From assembly GCA_963725865.1 (NCBI GenBank), contig CAVSAC010000014.1, positions 320,001 to 384,000 of the forward strand: a stretch of DNA of 64,000 bases, written 5' to 3'. This DNA comes from Candidatus Eiseniibacteriota bacterium (GTDB lineage Bacteria > Eisenbacteria > RBG-16-71-46). Below are positions 9,476 through 19,480 of this stretch, piece after piece; position 1 is the first letter of the stretch; each line of letters opens with the position of its first letter. Below the pieces are notes generated by a model. It did not search any database. It saw only the letters and a list, made by a program, of their open reading frames with translations, and had not been told where the DNA came from. Made by a program: the position numbers and the translations under genes.

Positions 9476-10891
9476 ATGTCGCGCCGCGTCCGCATCGTGT
9501 GCACCCTCGGCCCCGCCACCGCCTCCGACGACGTGGTGCGGGCGCTGATCGACGCCGGCATGGACGTCGCGCGGCTCAACTTCTCGCATGGCACCCACGC
9601 CGACCACGCCGCGATGATCGCCCGCGTGCGGCGGGCCGCCGTGGCCGCCGACCGCGCGGTCGCGGTCCTCGCCGACCTGCAGGGTCCCAAGATCCGTCTG
9701 GGCCGCTTCCGGGGCGGCCGTGCCGAGTTGGCTGCGGGCGCGGAATTCACGGTGGTGGCGGGCACCGAGCTCGAGGGTGACGCGGCGCATGCCTCGACCA
9801 CCTACGCCGGCCTGGCCGCCGACGTGCGCCCGGGAGACGCCGTGCTGATCGACGACGGTCGCCTGCGGCTCGAGGTGCTCGCGAGCGACGGCCACGCGGC
9901 CCGTTGCCGCGTGGTGGTGGGCGGCCCGGTGTCGGACCACAAGGGCATCAACCTGCCCGGCGTGCGGGTGAGCGCGCCGGCGTTGAGCGAGAAGGACGCC
10001 GATGACCTGCGGTTCGCGCTCGCGCAGGCCGTCGACCTGGTCGCGCTCTCGTTCGTGCGCAGCCCGGCCGACGCCGCGGACGCGCGCGGTGTCATGGATG
10101 CCGCGGGCGTGCGGGTGCCGCTGCTCGCCAAGCTCGAGAAGCCCGAGGCGGTGACGGCGCTGGAGGCGGTGCTCGACGCGTTCGATGGCGTGATGGTGGC
10201 GCGTGGTGATCTCGGCGTGGAGCTGCCGCTCGAGCAGGTGCCGCTGGTGCAGAAGCGGGCGCTGCGGCTGGCGCGCGAGCGCGCCAAGCCGTCGATCGTC
10301 GCCACCCAGATGCTCGAGTCGATGATCGAGCACGAGCGCCCCACCCGCGCGGAGGTCTCCGACGTCGCGAACGCGGTGCTCGACGGCGCCGACGCGCTGA
10401 TGCTCTCGGCCGAGACCAGCGTGGGCCGCGATCCCGCGCTGGTCGTGACCACCATGAGCCGCATCGCGGCCACGATCGAGCGCGAGGGCGTGTGCCTGAG
10501 CGCGCCGGAGGCGCCGCGGACCGGGGCCGTCGCGGCGCTCGCGGCCGCCGCGGTGGAGGCCGCGCGGGACGCCGGGGCGAAGGCCCTGGTGTCGTTCACG
10601 GCCACCGGCAGCACGGCACGGCTGCTGGCCGCGCACCGGCCGGCGATGCCGCTGTACGCGTTCACGCCCCACGAGGCGGTGCGACGGCAGCTCGCGCTCT
10701 CGTGGGGGGTCGCGGCCTTCGTGGTGCCCCACTCGCTGGACACCGACGGCATGATTCGCCAGGTCGACCGCGCGCTCATCGAGCGCGGATTGGGCTCGCC
10801 GCGGGACACCGTGGTGATCGTGGCCGGCACCCCACCGGGCACCTCGGGCGGCACCAACACCGTGAGGCTCCACCGCATCGGGGGCGCGTAG
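9476..10891 (+). CDS. pyk: Pyruvate kinase
   Basis: IVCTLGPA, ARLNFSHG, DLQGPKIR, MVARGDLGVE, ATQMLESM, DALMLSAET. Confidence 0.97.
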   Translation: MSRRVRIVCTLGPATASDDVVRALIDAGMDVARLNFSHGTHADHAAMIARVRRAAVAADRAVAVLADLQGPKIRLGRFRGGRAELAAGAEFTVVAGTELEGDAAHASTTYAGLAADVRPGDAVLIDDGRLRLEVLASDGHAARCRVVVGGPVSDHKGINLPGVRVSAPALSEKDADDLRFALAQAVDLVALSFVRSPADAADARGVMDAAGVRVPLLAKLEKPEAVTALEAVLDAFDGVMVARGDLGVELPLEQVPLVQKRALRLARERAKPSIVATQMLESMIEHERPTRAEVSDVANAVLDGADALMLSAETSVGRDPALVVTTMSRIAATIEREGVCLSAPEAPRTGAVAALAAAAVEAARDAGAKALVSFTATGSTARLLAAHRPAMPLYAFTPHEAVRRQLALSWGVAAFVVPHSLDTDGMIRQVDRALIERGLGSPRDTVVIVAGTPPGTSGGTNTVRLHRIGGA

Positions 10892-10920
10892 CGGCGCGCG
10901 AGCTCAGGAGCGGCCCGGCC

Positions 10921-11514
10921 TCAGGCGGCGCCCATGCGGCGGATCATCTCCTGCACCGCGCGGGCGCGGTGCGAGATGCGGTGCTTCTCCTCGGCCGACA
11001 GCTCGGCGAGCGTGCGGCCGGCGCCGGCCACTTCGAAGATCGGGTCGTAGCCGAATCCGTTGTGACCGCGCGGGGTCTCGGTGATGAGCCCCTCGAGCAC
11101 GCCCTCGCTCGTCAGCTCGCGCCCGTCGGGCAGGCACATCGCGCACGCGGTACGGAAGCGCGCGGTGCGCTGTTCGCGCGCGACGCCCTCCAGCACCTCG
11201 AGCAGCCGCCGCACGTTGTCCTGGTAGGTGGCGCCGTGGCCCGCGAAGCGCGCCGTGTAGATGCCCGGGCGGCCGCCCAGCGCGTCCACCTCGAGCCCGG
11301 TGTCGTCACCGATCGCGGCGAGTCCGGTGTGTCGCAGCGCCGCGCGCGCCTTGGCGAGCGCGTTCTCGGCCAGCGTGCGTCCCACCTCGGCGGGCGCGCT
11401 GGTGCCCGGGAAGTCGCGCAGGCAGGTGAAGCTCGCCGACTCGAGGTCGAACAGCTCCGCCAGCTCGCGGGCCTTGTCCACGTTGAAGGTGGCGATCACG
11501 AAGTGCACGGCCAC
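10921..11514 (-). CDS. rdgB: Non-canonical purine NTP pyrophosphatase (Ham1/RdgB)
   Basis: ENALAKA, DDTGLEVDALGGRPGIYTARF, GFGYDPIF, SHRARA. Confidence 0.95.
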   Translation of the reverse strand: MAVHFVIATFNVDKARELAELFDLESASFTCLRDFPGTSAPAEVGRTLAENALAKARAALRHTGLAAIGDDTGLEVDALGGRPGIYTARFAGHGATYQDNVRRLLEVLEGVAREQRTARFRTACAMCLPDGRELTSEGVLEGLITETPRGHNGFGYDPIFEVAGAGRTLAELSAEEKHRISHRARAVQEMIRRMGAA

Positions 11515-11585
11515 TCCTGCTCGGGGTCACCGCACCCCAGTGTGGGGCGCGGGTGGCGGAGTCTAGCGCGTGGGGCGGGCGCGCG

Positions 11586-13253
11586 TCACGCCGGGCCCGC
11601 GGGCCGGCGCTGATCGAGCCGCTCGCGGACGAGGCGCGCGAGCGTGACGGGCGCGAACGGCTTGAGCAGCAAGGTCACGCTCGGGGTTCCCAGGATGCGC
11701 CGCGTCAGCTCCTCCTCGGTGTAGCCCGAAATGCAGATCACGGGCAGGTCCGGCAGCCGGGTGCGGAGTTCCTCGGTCAGTTCGAGCCCGCTGCGTCCCG
11801 GCATCACCACGTCGGTGATCAGCAGGTCGAGTCGCGGGCTCCGGAGCACGAGGATCTCGAGCGCCTCGTCCGCGTCGGCGGCGGTGATCACGCGGTAGCC
11901 GAGCCCCTCGAGCATCCGCGCGAGCAGCAGCCGTACGACGTCCTCGTCCTCGACCAGCAGCAGGGTCTCGGCGCCGCCCGGCGCGCGCGGCTCCGCGAAC
12001 GACTCCTCGGCCGTCTCCACCGCGCCGGCGGCCGGCACGGACGCCCGCGGGAACAGCAGCGTGATCGTGGTCCCCCGTCCGGGCTCGCTCTGCACCTCGA
12101 TCGCGCCGCCGCAGCGCGCCATGGTCGCATACGCCATCGCCAGGCCGAGCCCCAGTCCCTGGCCGCGCGGCTTGGTGGTGAAGAAGGGCTCGAAAGCCCG
12201 CGCCCGCACCTCGGGAGCCATCCCGGCGCCGGTGTCGGTGAACCGCACTCGGACGTAGGGCCCGGCTGCGAGGTGCGCCGGCCGCTCGTCCTCGCCGGCC
12301 TCGATCGCGACGACATCGGTCTGGATCGTGAGCGATCCGCTCTCCGCCATGGCGTCGCGCGCATTCATGGTGAGGTTCATCATCAACTGTTCCAGTTCCC
12401 CGCGGTCCGCGCGCACCCACGCCTCGGACAGTGCCTGGCGCGCCTCGAGCGTGATCGCCTCGCCGAGCGCCGCCCGCATGATGGGCAGCACCTCGCCGAG
12501 GACGACGAGCAGGTCGTGCACCCGCACCTGGAGCGGCTGCTTGCGCCCGAAGCTCAGCAGCTGGCGCGTGAGCTGCGCGGCCCGCTGGCCCGCGTGCTGG
12601 ATCTCGAGCGCGCTGTCGTGGCTCGGATCGTCGGCCGGCAGGGTGTCGACCAGCAGCTGGGCGTGCCCGAGGATCGCCGTGAGCAGGTTGTTGAAGTCGT
12701 GCGCCACGCCGCCCGCCAGGCGCCCGACCGCGTCCATCTTCTGCGCGTGCCGCAACTCCTCCTCGCGGGCGCGGAGGCGCCCCTCGGCCCGCCGATCCTG
12801 GGTGCCGGCGGGGGCCGTGATGTCCAGGGCCACGCCGACCGAGCCGAGGATCGCACCGTCCTCGCCGCACAGGGGCTCGAAGCGCGTCTCGAAGACGCGA
12901 CCGTCCCTGCGGGCGTTCACCGTGAAGGACTCCCCGCCGAGCGCGCGGCGCACGTGCGCGCGGATCTCCTCCGACTCGGGATAGAGCTCCCACAGCGGCC
13001 TGCCCACCACCTCGCCGGGGCGCAGGCCGAGCGCCTCGAGCCCGCGGCCCTCGGACAACGTGATCACGCCCTCGCGGTCGACCGCGAACAACACCACGGG
13101 AGCGTGGTCCAGCACCGCGCGCAGATGGTTCGCGAGCTCCGCTGGCGGCGCGGGCCGCGGGGGCGCGGGCGCGCGCTCCGAGGTCCCACGCCGAGGGCCG
13201 GACTTCACGGGCGCGCCGCTCCCGGTCGGACGCCCGCTGGACCCCGCATCCAC
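11586..13253 (-). CDS. Cytoplasmic hybrid sensor kinase (PAS-HisKA-HATPase-REC)
   Basis: GVAHDFNNLL, NARDAM, FEPFFTTK..GLGLGL, LLVEDE...DVVMP...KPF. Confidence 0.92.
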   Translation of the reverse strand: MDAGSSGRPTGSGAPVKSGPRRGTSERAPAPPRPAPPAELANHLRAVLDHAPVVLFAVDREGVITLSEGRGLEALGLRPGEVVGRPLWELYPESEEIRAHVRRALGGESFTVNARRDGRVFETRFEPLCGEDGAILGSVGVALDITAPAGTQDRRAEGRLRAREEELRHAQKMDAVGRLAGGVAHDFNNLLTAILGHAQLLVDTLPADDPSHDSALEIQHAGQRAAQLTRQLLSFGRKQPLQVRVHDLLVVLGEVLPIMRAALGEAITLEARQALSEAWVRADRGELEQLMMNLTMNARDAMAESGSLTIQTDVVAIEAGEDERPAHLAAGPYVRVRFTDTGAGMAPEVRARAFEPFFTTKPRGQGLGLGLAMAYATMARCGGAIEVQSEPGRGTTITLLFPRASVPAAGAVETAEESFAEPRAPGGAETLLLVEDEDVVRLLLARMLEGLGYRVITAADADEALEILVLRSPRLDLLITDVVMPGRSGLELTEELRTRLPDLPVICISGYTEEELTRRILGTPSVTLLLKPFAPVTLARLVRERLDQRRPAGPA

Positions 13254-13492
13254 GAGTGCGGTGCAATGCGACGCTGGTCACCGTTGTGGGTCGCGGGCAC
13301 GTTCATGCGGGCCTTCCGGGCTCGAGGGATGCTGGGGGAGCCGCGATTCTCGGACCTCGCCCCGCCGGCGGCAAGCGCGAAGCCGCCCTGGGCGCCGGCT
13401 TTCGGCGCCGCCGTCGTCGGGCACCGCGCCCCGGCGTCACGCGTGGCGCGTGAGCGGGGCGCGGCCCGCACGCTTCCGGGGCCGGCCGCCGA

Positions 13493-14281
13493 TCAGCCGG
13501 CCAGCAGTCCCGAGGCCCCGACCAGGCGGCGCTGTGCCGCGCTGATGCGGCGCACCCCCGCCCGCGCGAGCGCCAGCAGGGTGCGCAGCTCCGCGGCTCC
13601 GAAGTCGCCCGACTCGCCGGTGCCTTGCAGCTCCACGTAGCGGCCGGCGCCGGTCATCACCACGTTCATGTCGACCTGCGCCTTCGAGTCCTCGGCGTAG
13701 CACAGGTCCAGGCACGCGGTGCCGGCCACCATTCCGACCGAGACCGCCGTGACGGTGTCGCGGAGCGGCGTCCGCGCGAGCTGGTTGCGGTTCGAGAGCG
13801 TCACGAACGCATCGTGCAGCGCCACCAGCGCGCCGTTGATGGCGGCGGTACGGGTGCCGCCGTCGGCCTCGAGCACGTCGCAGTCGAGGATGATCTGGCG
13901 CTCGCCGAACGCCCCGAGGTCGGTGACCGCGCGCAGGGAGCGGCCGATCAGGCGCTGGATCTCCTGCGAGCGGCCCCCGGTCTGCGCGGAGCGTGGGGTG
14001 CGCTCCCCAGTCGCGCGCGGGAGCATGGCGTACTCCGCGGTCACCCAGCCCCCGCCGCGGTTGCGCAGCCAGTTCGGCACCCGATCCTCGACCGTGGCGG
14101 TGCACAGCACCCGCGTGCGACCGAGCGAAATCAGCGCGGAGCCCTCGGCGTGGGGGATGACCCCGCGCTCGACCTTGAGCGCGCGCAGCTGGCGAGGCGA
14201 GCGGCCGTCGGGACGCTGGAACGGCGGCGCGTCGGTCGGCGCGTCCTCGCGCTCGCGGATCGCCCTGGGCTTGCGGGTCAC
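13493..14281 (-). CDS. rph: Ribonuclease PH
   Basis: GWVTAEYAMLPRAT, EIQRLIGRSLRA, DCDVLEADGGTRTAAING. Confidence 0.97.
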   Translation of the reverse strand: MTRKPRAIREREDAPTDAPPFQRPDGRSPRQLRALKVERGVIPHAEGSALISLGRTRVLCTATVEDRVPNWLRNRGGGWVTAEYAMLPRATGERTPRSAQTGGRSQEIQRLIGRSLRAVTDLGAFGERQIILDCDVLEADGGTRTAAINGALVALHDAFVTLSNRNQLARTPLRDTVTAVSVGMVAGTACLDLCYAEDSKAQVDMNVVMTGAGRYVELQGTGESGDFGAAELRTLLALARAGVRRISAAQRRLVGASGLLAG

Positions 14282-14303
14282 GTCGTCTCCTCGGGGGCTG
14301 GGG

Positions 14304-15149
14304 TCAGGCGAGCGGCGGGCGCTCGAACCACGGCAGGTCGGTCTGATCGATCACCGTGACCGCCGGCAGCTCGCGGCCCAGGAATGTCTGGGCGACGCGC
14401 GAGAACGAACGCCGGCGCGGCTCGTCGCTCAGGTACACGTGGTGCACCGGCGGACCCGCCGCCAGCTGCCCGCGCGCCGCCAGCAGCGCCGCGGTCGCGC
14501 GCGCGGCTTCGGCGCCCGAGTCCACCAGCCGCACGCCGGGCCCCATCAGGTCGGCGATCAGCGGGGCGATGAGCGGGTAGTGCGTGCACCCGAGGATCAG
14601 GCTCTCCAGGTCGGCGCGGCGCAGCTCGGTGAGGTACTCCTCGGCGACCTGCCGCGTGACCGGGTGGTCGAGCCAGCCCTCCTCCACCAGCGGCACGAAC
14701 AGCGGGCAGGCGCGCTGGATGATGGTCGCGCCCGGCATCCGCGCGTCGACCAGGTGCGAGTAGGCGCTGCTGCCGACGGTCGCCAGCGTGCCGATCACGC
14801 CGATGCGGCCGTGCGGGCTCACCGCCAGCGCGGCGTTCACCGCCGGCTCGATCACGCCCACGACCGGGATCTCGAAACGCCGCTGGAGCGAATCGAGCGC
14901 GTGCGCCGAGGCCGAGTTGCAGGCCACCACCAGGCACTTGATGTTCTGGCGCACCAGGAACGTCGCGATCTCGAGGCTGAAGCGGGTGACCGTCTCCTTC
15001 GACTTGTTGCCGTAGGGCACGCGCGCCGTGTCCCCGAAGTACACGATGCTCTCATGGGGCAGCGTGCGGTACAGCTCGCGCACCGCGGTCAGCCCGCCGA
15101 TGCCGGAGTCGAACACACCGATGGGACGCGGATCGTGGGTCGCGGGCAT
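14304..15149 (-). CDS. murI: Glutamate racemase
   Basis: PIGVFDSGIGGL, VVACNSAS, LILGCTHYP. Confidence 0.97.
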   Translation of the reverse strand: MPATHDPRPIGVFDSGIGGLTAVRELYRTLPHESIVYFGDTARVPYGNKSKETVTRFSLEIATFLVRQNIKCLVVACNSASAHALDSLQRRFEIPVVGVIEPAVNAALAVSPHGRIGVIGTLATVGSSAYSHLVDARMPGATIIQRACPLFVPLVEEGWLDHPVTRQVAEEYLTELRRADLESLILGCTHYPLIAPLIADLMGPGVRLVDSGAEAARATAALLAARGQLAAGPPVHHVYLSDEPRRRSFSRVAQTFLGRELPAVTVIDQTDLPWFERPPLA

Positions 15150-15150
15150 G

Positions 15151-15690
15151 TCAGGGCAACTCGCTGACTTCGAACGGGCGGTCGAGCGGCAGATGACCGC
15201 CGAGGGTGGAGAGCGGCACGCCGCCGCAGACGATCAGCACCTGCTTGACCTCCGGTTCGTTGGCTCCCAGCGTACGCACCAGTGAGGTGATCGCGAGGTA
15301 TTCGGCTCCCGACCCGCCGTGGAATCCCTGCAGGAACGCGCGCGACAGGTCGAGCGTCAGCAGCCCGTCGTCGCCGAGATACACGTGGAGCACCGATGTC
15401 CCCGCCGGCAGCGCCGCCACCCCGGCGGTGCGCGGCCCGCGGTCCAGCTCGGCGACCAGCGCGGCGACCCGGTCGTGCAGCGAGCCCGCCTCGGCCAGAT
15501 CGCGCATCTCCTCGACCAGGCTGTCGCCGCTCGGCGCCACGAAGTACAGCCGCGCCGCGCGGAACCCGGTGGACGCGGTGTCGGCCGGCGCCGGCAGCAG
15601 CCGCTCCTGGCTCGGTGCGTGGCCCCAGATGCGCCACGCGGCGAAAGCTAGCACGGCCAGGATCAGCGCCACAACGAACGGGCGTCGCAT
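15151..15690 (-). CDS. GerMN-domain protein
   Basis: N-terminal TM; LYF, LPAGT..L, LDLS..F, GS..E, TLGGHLPLDRPF; typical amidase-GerMN-murI-rph context. Confidence 0.8.
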   Translation of the reverse strand: MRRPFVVALILAVLAFAAWRIWGHAPSQERLLPAPADTASTGFRAARLYFVAPSGDSLVEEMRDLAEAGSLHDRVAALVAELDRGPRTAGVAALPAGTSVLHVYLGDDGLLTLDLSRAFLQGFHGGSGAEYLAITSLVRTLGANEPEVKQVLIVCGGVPLSTLGGHLPLDRPFEVSELP

Positions 15691-15698
15691 CGGTCCCC

Positions 15699-17135
15699 TC
15701 AGTCGTTCCGCTGCCACACCGCGACGCCGTCCGCGATCGCGGTCGCCAGCGCGGCGATCCCCAGCGGCGCGGCGAGGCGCCCGCGGTCCACGGGCGAGGT
15801 GAGCGTCGCGCACTCGAGCGCGATGCCCGGCGCGTTCACGCCGAGCAGGTGGAGGGGCAGCATCTCGCGTACGCGCACCGGCCCCTCGCCGTGCGCCTGC
15901 AGCGCGTCCAGGACGGCGTCGGCGAGCGCGCGGCTGGCGACCGCGTGGCGCAGCGCGACGTCGCGCCACGGCATCACCGCGATCGTGGCGGTCCCGCCCT
16001 CCTCGCCGCGCGACTCGGTCGCGGACGCGCAGTAGGCGGTCGCGCCGCGCGCCGCCGGCGTGGGCGCGCCGTCGACGTGCAGCACCAGCACCAGGTCGGC
16101 GTGCGCGCGGTTCGCGGCCTCGGCGCGCGCCTCGACCGTCAGCGCGCGGTCGTCGGTGCGCGTGAGGACGACGCGCGCGCCCAGCCGCCGTTCCAGCTCG
16201 GGCGCCAGCGCGCGCGCGAGCGCGAGCGTGACGTCCTTTTCGAGCAGGCCGCCGGCCTGCACGCCGGCGTCGGCGCCGCCGTGCGCCGGATCGAGCACCA
16301 CCACCCGCACCGAGCGCGGGCCCAGCGGGCCCTCGGGAGCGAACGCCTGCAGCCCGGCGAGCGGCGTGCGCGCGAACTCCAGCGTGACGCGGCGCGTGCT
16401 GGTGTCCGCCGCGATCCGGAACCCCCGCGCCTCGCGCGCCAGCGCGAACTCGAACGTGACTCCCGGCCCGCTGCCCAGCGGAGAGACGCGCCGCACGAGC
16501 GCCTCGGACGGCAGCGAATCCGGGAGCGGCTCGAGACAGGCGCCCGCCAGATGGACCCGGAAACGCGCGCGGGAGCGTCCGATGATCTGCACGATCGGCG
16601 CCCGCTCGCAGTCGATGGTGACGCGCGTCAGGTCGCCCGCCACCACGACCCGCGGCGCCCGCAGCAGCCCCTCCGGGGGCACCACGCGCACGCGCGTGCC
16701 GCCTGGCTCCATCACGAGGCGCGGGAGCGTCGCGTCGTCCGGCAGCGCCGACAGCACCTCGGCCGGCACCCACAGCTCGCCTCCCTGCGCGCGCACCGGC
16801 GCGCCCAGGTAGATCGTCCGCGCGTCCACCAGCAGGAAGGGGTTGTCGACCGTGAACACCACGCGGTGCTCGGCCGCGCGCAGCACCAGCTTGCGGATGT
16901 CGGCGCGCCAGAATCGGGTGGCGCCGAGCAGCCGCGCCAGATCGGCGGCTCCCAGGTAGGGGCGGCCCTCCAGCGTCCGCACGATCGCGAGGTCGGGGCC
17001 CGCGGCGACCGGCGCGGGGGCCGGCGGCGGTGGCGCGGGCGCGAGTGCTGCCAGCGCCAGTACCGCGAGCAACGCCGCCCGCGCGACGCGGCTCGCGGCC
17101 CGCGGCGCCGGCATGCGGGATCGCCCCGCGCTCAT
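15699..17135 (-). CDS. N-acetylmuramoyl-L-alanine amidase (Amidase_3)
   Basis: VVLDPAHGGADAG, EKDVTL, VLTRTDD, R..AAN...ADLVLVLH; signal peptide. Confidence 0.85.
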   Translation of the reverse strand: MSAGRSRMPAPRAASRVARAALLAVLALAALAPAPPPPAPAPVAAGPDLAIVRTLEGRPYLGAADLARLLGATRFWRADIRKLVLRAAEHRVVFTVDNPFLLVDARTIYLGAPVRAQGGELWVPAEVLSALPDDATLPRLVMEPGGTRVRVVPPEGLLRAPRVVVAGDLTRVTIDCERAPIVQIIGRSRARFRVHLAGACLEPLPDSLPSEALVRRVSPLGSGPGVTFEFALAREARGFRIAADTSTRRVTLEFARTPLAGLQAFAPEGPLGPRSVRVVVLDPAHGGADAGVQAGGLLEKDVTLALARALAPELERRLGARVVLTRTDDRALTVEARAEAANRAHADLVLVLHVDGAPTPAARGATAYCASATESRGEEGGTATIAVMPWRDVALRHAVASRALADAVLDALQAHGEGPVRVREMLPLHLLGVNAPGIALECATLTSPVDRGRLAAPLGIAALATAIADGVAVWQRND

Positions 17136-17611
17136 CCGTCGCGCCCTGTGCCGCGGCGCGCGCGGTCCATCTCGCGCTTGGCGTCCCGCTCGGCGATCGC
17201 GTGGCGCTTGTCGTGCGTCTTCTTGCCCTTGGCGACGCCGAGCAGCAGCTTCGCGCGCCCGTTCGAGAAGTAGAGCCGCAGCGGGATCAGCGTCTGGCCC
17301 TTCTGCTCGACCGCCTTCGCCAGCCGCACGATCTCGGCCTGGTGCAGGAGCAGCTTGCGCGGCCGCACGGGGTCGAGGTTCCAGCGGTTGCCCTGCTCGT
17401 AGGGCGGGATGTGCAGCTGGAGGACGAACACCTCGCCGTTCTCGACCGTGGCGTAGGACTCCGCGAGGCTCGCCTTGCCCTGGCGCAGGCTCTTGACCTC
17501 GACGCCCTTCAGCACCAGACCGGCTTCGACGGTCTCGAGGATGAAGTAGTCGTGGCTCGCGCGGCGGTTCTGGGCCACCACGCGCTCGGCCGACGAGGTA
17601 GGCGCTGGCAT
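17132..17611 (-). CDS. smpB: SsrA-binding protein
   Basis: NRRASHDY, EAGLVLKGVEVKSLR, RKLLLH, KGKKTHDKR. Confidence 0.97.
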   Translation of the reverse strand: MPAPTSSAERVVAQNRRASHDYFILETVEAGLVLKGVEVKSLRQGKASLAESYATVENGEVFVLQLHIPPYEQGNRWNLDPVRPRKLLLHQAEIVRLAKAVEQKGQTLIPLRLYFSNGRAKLLLGVAKGKKTHDKRHAIAERDAKREMDRARRGTGRDG

Positions 17612-17680
17612 GGGTCGATCGGTGGCCCGGGCGGGAGGGTGACCGCGAGTGCCTTCCCTGGCGCTCGGGATCGAAGTCGA

Positions 17681-17767
17681 TGGTGCGGAAGGGGGGATTT
17701 GAACCCCCACACCCTTTCGGGCGCTAGAACCTGAATCTAGTGCGTCTGCCAGTTCCGCCACTTCCGC
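17681..17767 (-). tRNA. tRNA-Leu(CAG)
   Basis: Anticodon arm CTAGA-TT-CAG-GT-TCTAG, long variable arm, CCA. Confidence 0.95.
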
Positions 17768-17826
17768 ACGGCGATGCGCGGCGGATTATAGGCACCGGCA
17801 CGCACACGTCAACCGGCCGGGCCCGC

Positions 17827-19257
17827 TCAGTGCGAGTCGGCTCCCAGCGCCTTCTTCATCCCCGGATTCTGCGGCAGCGGCGGCAGGCTGGCCGGAACCT
17901 GGTGCAGGATGTGGGGCTCGAACACCGCGAAGGAGAACTCCGGGCTGGTGGTCTCGTTGTGGCACTGCCGGCAGGTCGCCTCGGTGACCGGGGTGGTCTT
18001 GGCCTTGAACGCCTCGTGCTGGGTGCCCACGCCGTGGCAGCTCTCGCACTGCACGTTGGCCATCGTGGGCGAGAGCGCCGCGCTCACGAAGCCCCCCGGT
18101 TTGCGGAAGCCCACCACGTGACACTGGATGCAGTCGGGGTCGGCGTCCTTCTTGTTGTCGACGAGCGTCTGCCACGCGCGCGCGTGCGCGGTCGTCCGCC
18201 ACTGCTCCGCCTCGGCCTTGTGGCAGCGCTCGCACATCGCCGCGCCCACGAAGTGATCGGGGTTGTTCTCGGCCGAGGCGAGCGTGGCCTCCGCGGCGTC
18301 CTGCTTCTGGGCCTTGCGCAGCTTCTCGTTCAGCGCGTCCTCGAAGTCCTTCACCATCTGCAGCACTTCGGGCTTGTCGGGGATCTGCGGCCCCAGCACG
18401 TACACGTCCGCCTCGCGGGCGCTCACCTTGCGCTGCGCGTCCAGCGTCAGCAGCGTGCGCGCCATGTTCTGCCCCTGCTCGCCGCCGTAGACCGCGAGTG
18501 TGGTCTTGATCAGGCGACCCTTCTGGATCAGCGGCACGTTGCGGCCGAGGATCATCACGTCGATCCCGTCCACCACGGTGCACAGGTCCTCGCCCTCGGC
18601 CTTGCCGAGGTTGGACAGCGCCACCACCACCTGCGCGCCCTTCTTGCGCAGGTCGGCGATCGTCGTCCGGGTCGCGGCGGCGGGATCGGTGGCCTGCAGC
18701 GAATCGCGCGACGGCCCCAGGTCGGCCTTGTCGCTGACGAGCCCGAAGAAGCCGACCTTGACGCCGCCGTGCTGCACGACGATGGACGCGGGGAACGCGG
18801 TCTTGCCGGTCTTCTTCTCGATCAGGTTCGCGCACACGATCGGCAACTTGCGGGAGCGCGCGTTCTCGCGCAGGAACCCGAGTCCGAAGCGCAGGTCGCG
18901 ATCGGCGACGCCCACCGCGTCGACCCCCAGCAGCTTGTAGGCGTCCATGAGGAACCAGCCCGCGTCCTGGTGCAGGTCGTCCTCGGGGAAGAAGCCACCG
19001 TTGTCCACGAAGTACAGCTGCCCGTACTGCGTGCGGATGCTGTCCATGAAGCTCGCCTGGCGCGCCAGCCCGCCCTTGGGCACGTGGCAGCCGCAGGGGC
19101 TGGTCTTGCCCTTCACGTCGCTCACCGAGCAGATCGCGATCTTGTCGGGCTCGAGCGTCGAGGTCATCGGCTTGGGAGCGGAGGCGCCCCCGAGCACGAA
19201 CACGGCCAGCATGCCCATCGTCGAGACGGCGAGGGCGCGGAGGAGGATGGAGCGCAT
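17827..19257 (-). CDS. Exported UshA/5'-nucleotidase-like domain fused to a tetraheme cytochrome c (c554-like)
   Basis: Signal peptide; PCGC...GGLAR; four CxxCH motifs (CERCH, CIQCH, CESCH, CRQCH). Confidence 0.8.
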   Translation of the reverse strand: MRSILLRALAVSTMGMLAVFVLGGASAPKPMTSTLEPDKIAICSVSDVKGKTSPCGCHVPKGGLARQASFMDSIRTQYGQLYFVDNGGFFPEDDLHQDAGWFLMDAYKLLGVDAVGVADRDLRFGLGFLRENARSRKLPIVCANLIEKKTGKTAFPASIVVQHGGVKVGFFGLVSDKADLGPSRDSLQATDPAAATRTTIADLRKKGAQVVVALSNLGKAEGEDLCTVVDGIDVMILGRNVPLIQKGRLIKTTLAVYGGEQGQNMARTLLTLDAQRKVSAREADVYVLGPQIPDKPEVLQMVKDFEDALNEKLRKAQKQDAAEATLASAENNPDHFVGAAMCERCHKAEAEQWRTTAHARAWQTLVDNKKDADPDCIQCHVVGFRKPGGFVSAALSPTMANVQCESCHGVGTQHEAFKAKTTPVTEATCRQCHNETTSPEFSFAVFEPHILHQVPASLPPLPQNPGMKKALGADSH

Positions 19258-19480
19258 CGTTCGGTTCCTCGGATCGTGGTGGTTCGCGCGGCGAGGGGAT
19301 GGGGCCGGGAGCGGGGCGGCGGGCCGGCCCGACCGGTTCCATCCGGGCACCCCGCCGGCGGCGGCGGTCGCTCTTGGGACACCGGGAGTCCCCGCACGGT
19401 TGCCCGTGCGGAGGGCCAGAAGAGTACCCGGTCGCACGCTTCCCGTCACGGGCCCTCCCGCCAGGCGGCCGCGGCCGCGG

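Noticed and set aside
17612..17761. N-terminal extensions of smpB (and of ssb, 8867-9130) in the ORF track
   Set aside because: They run into tRNA genes; conserved protein sequence starts at 17611 and 8866
19075..19100. Selenocysteine recoding in the UshA-like cytochrome
   Set aside because: The motif codons are TGC GGC TGC with no in-frame TGA
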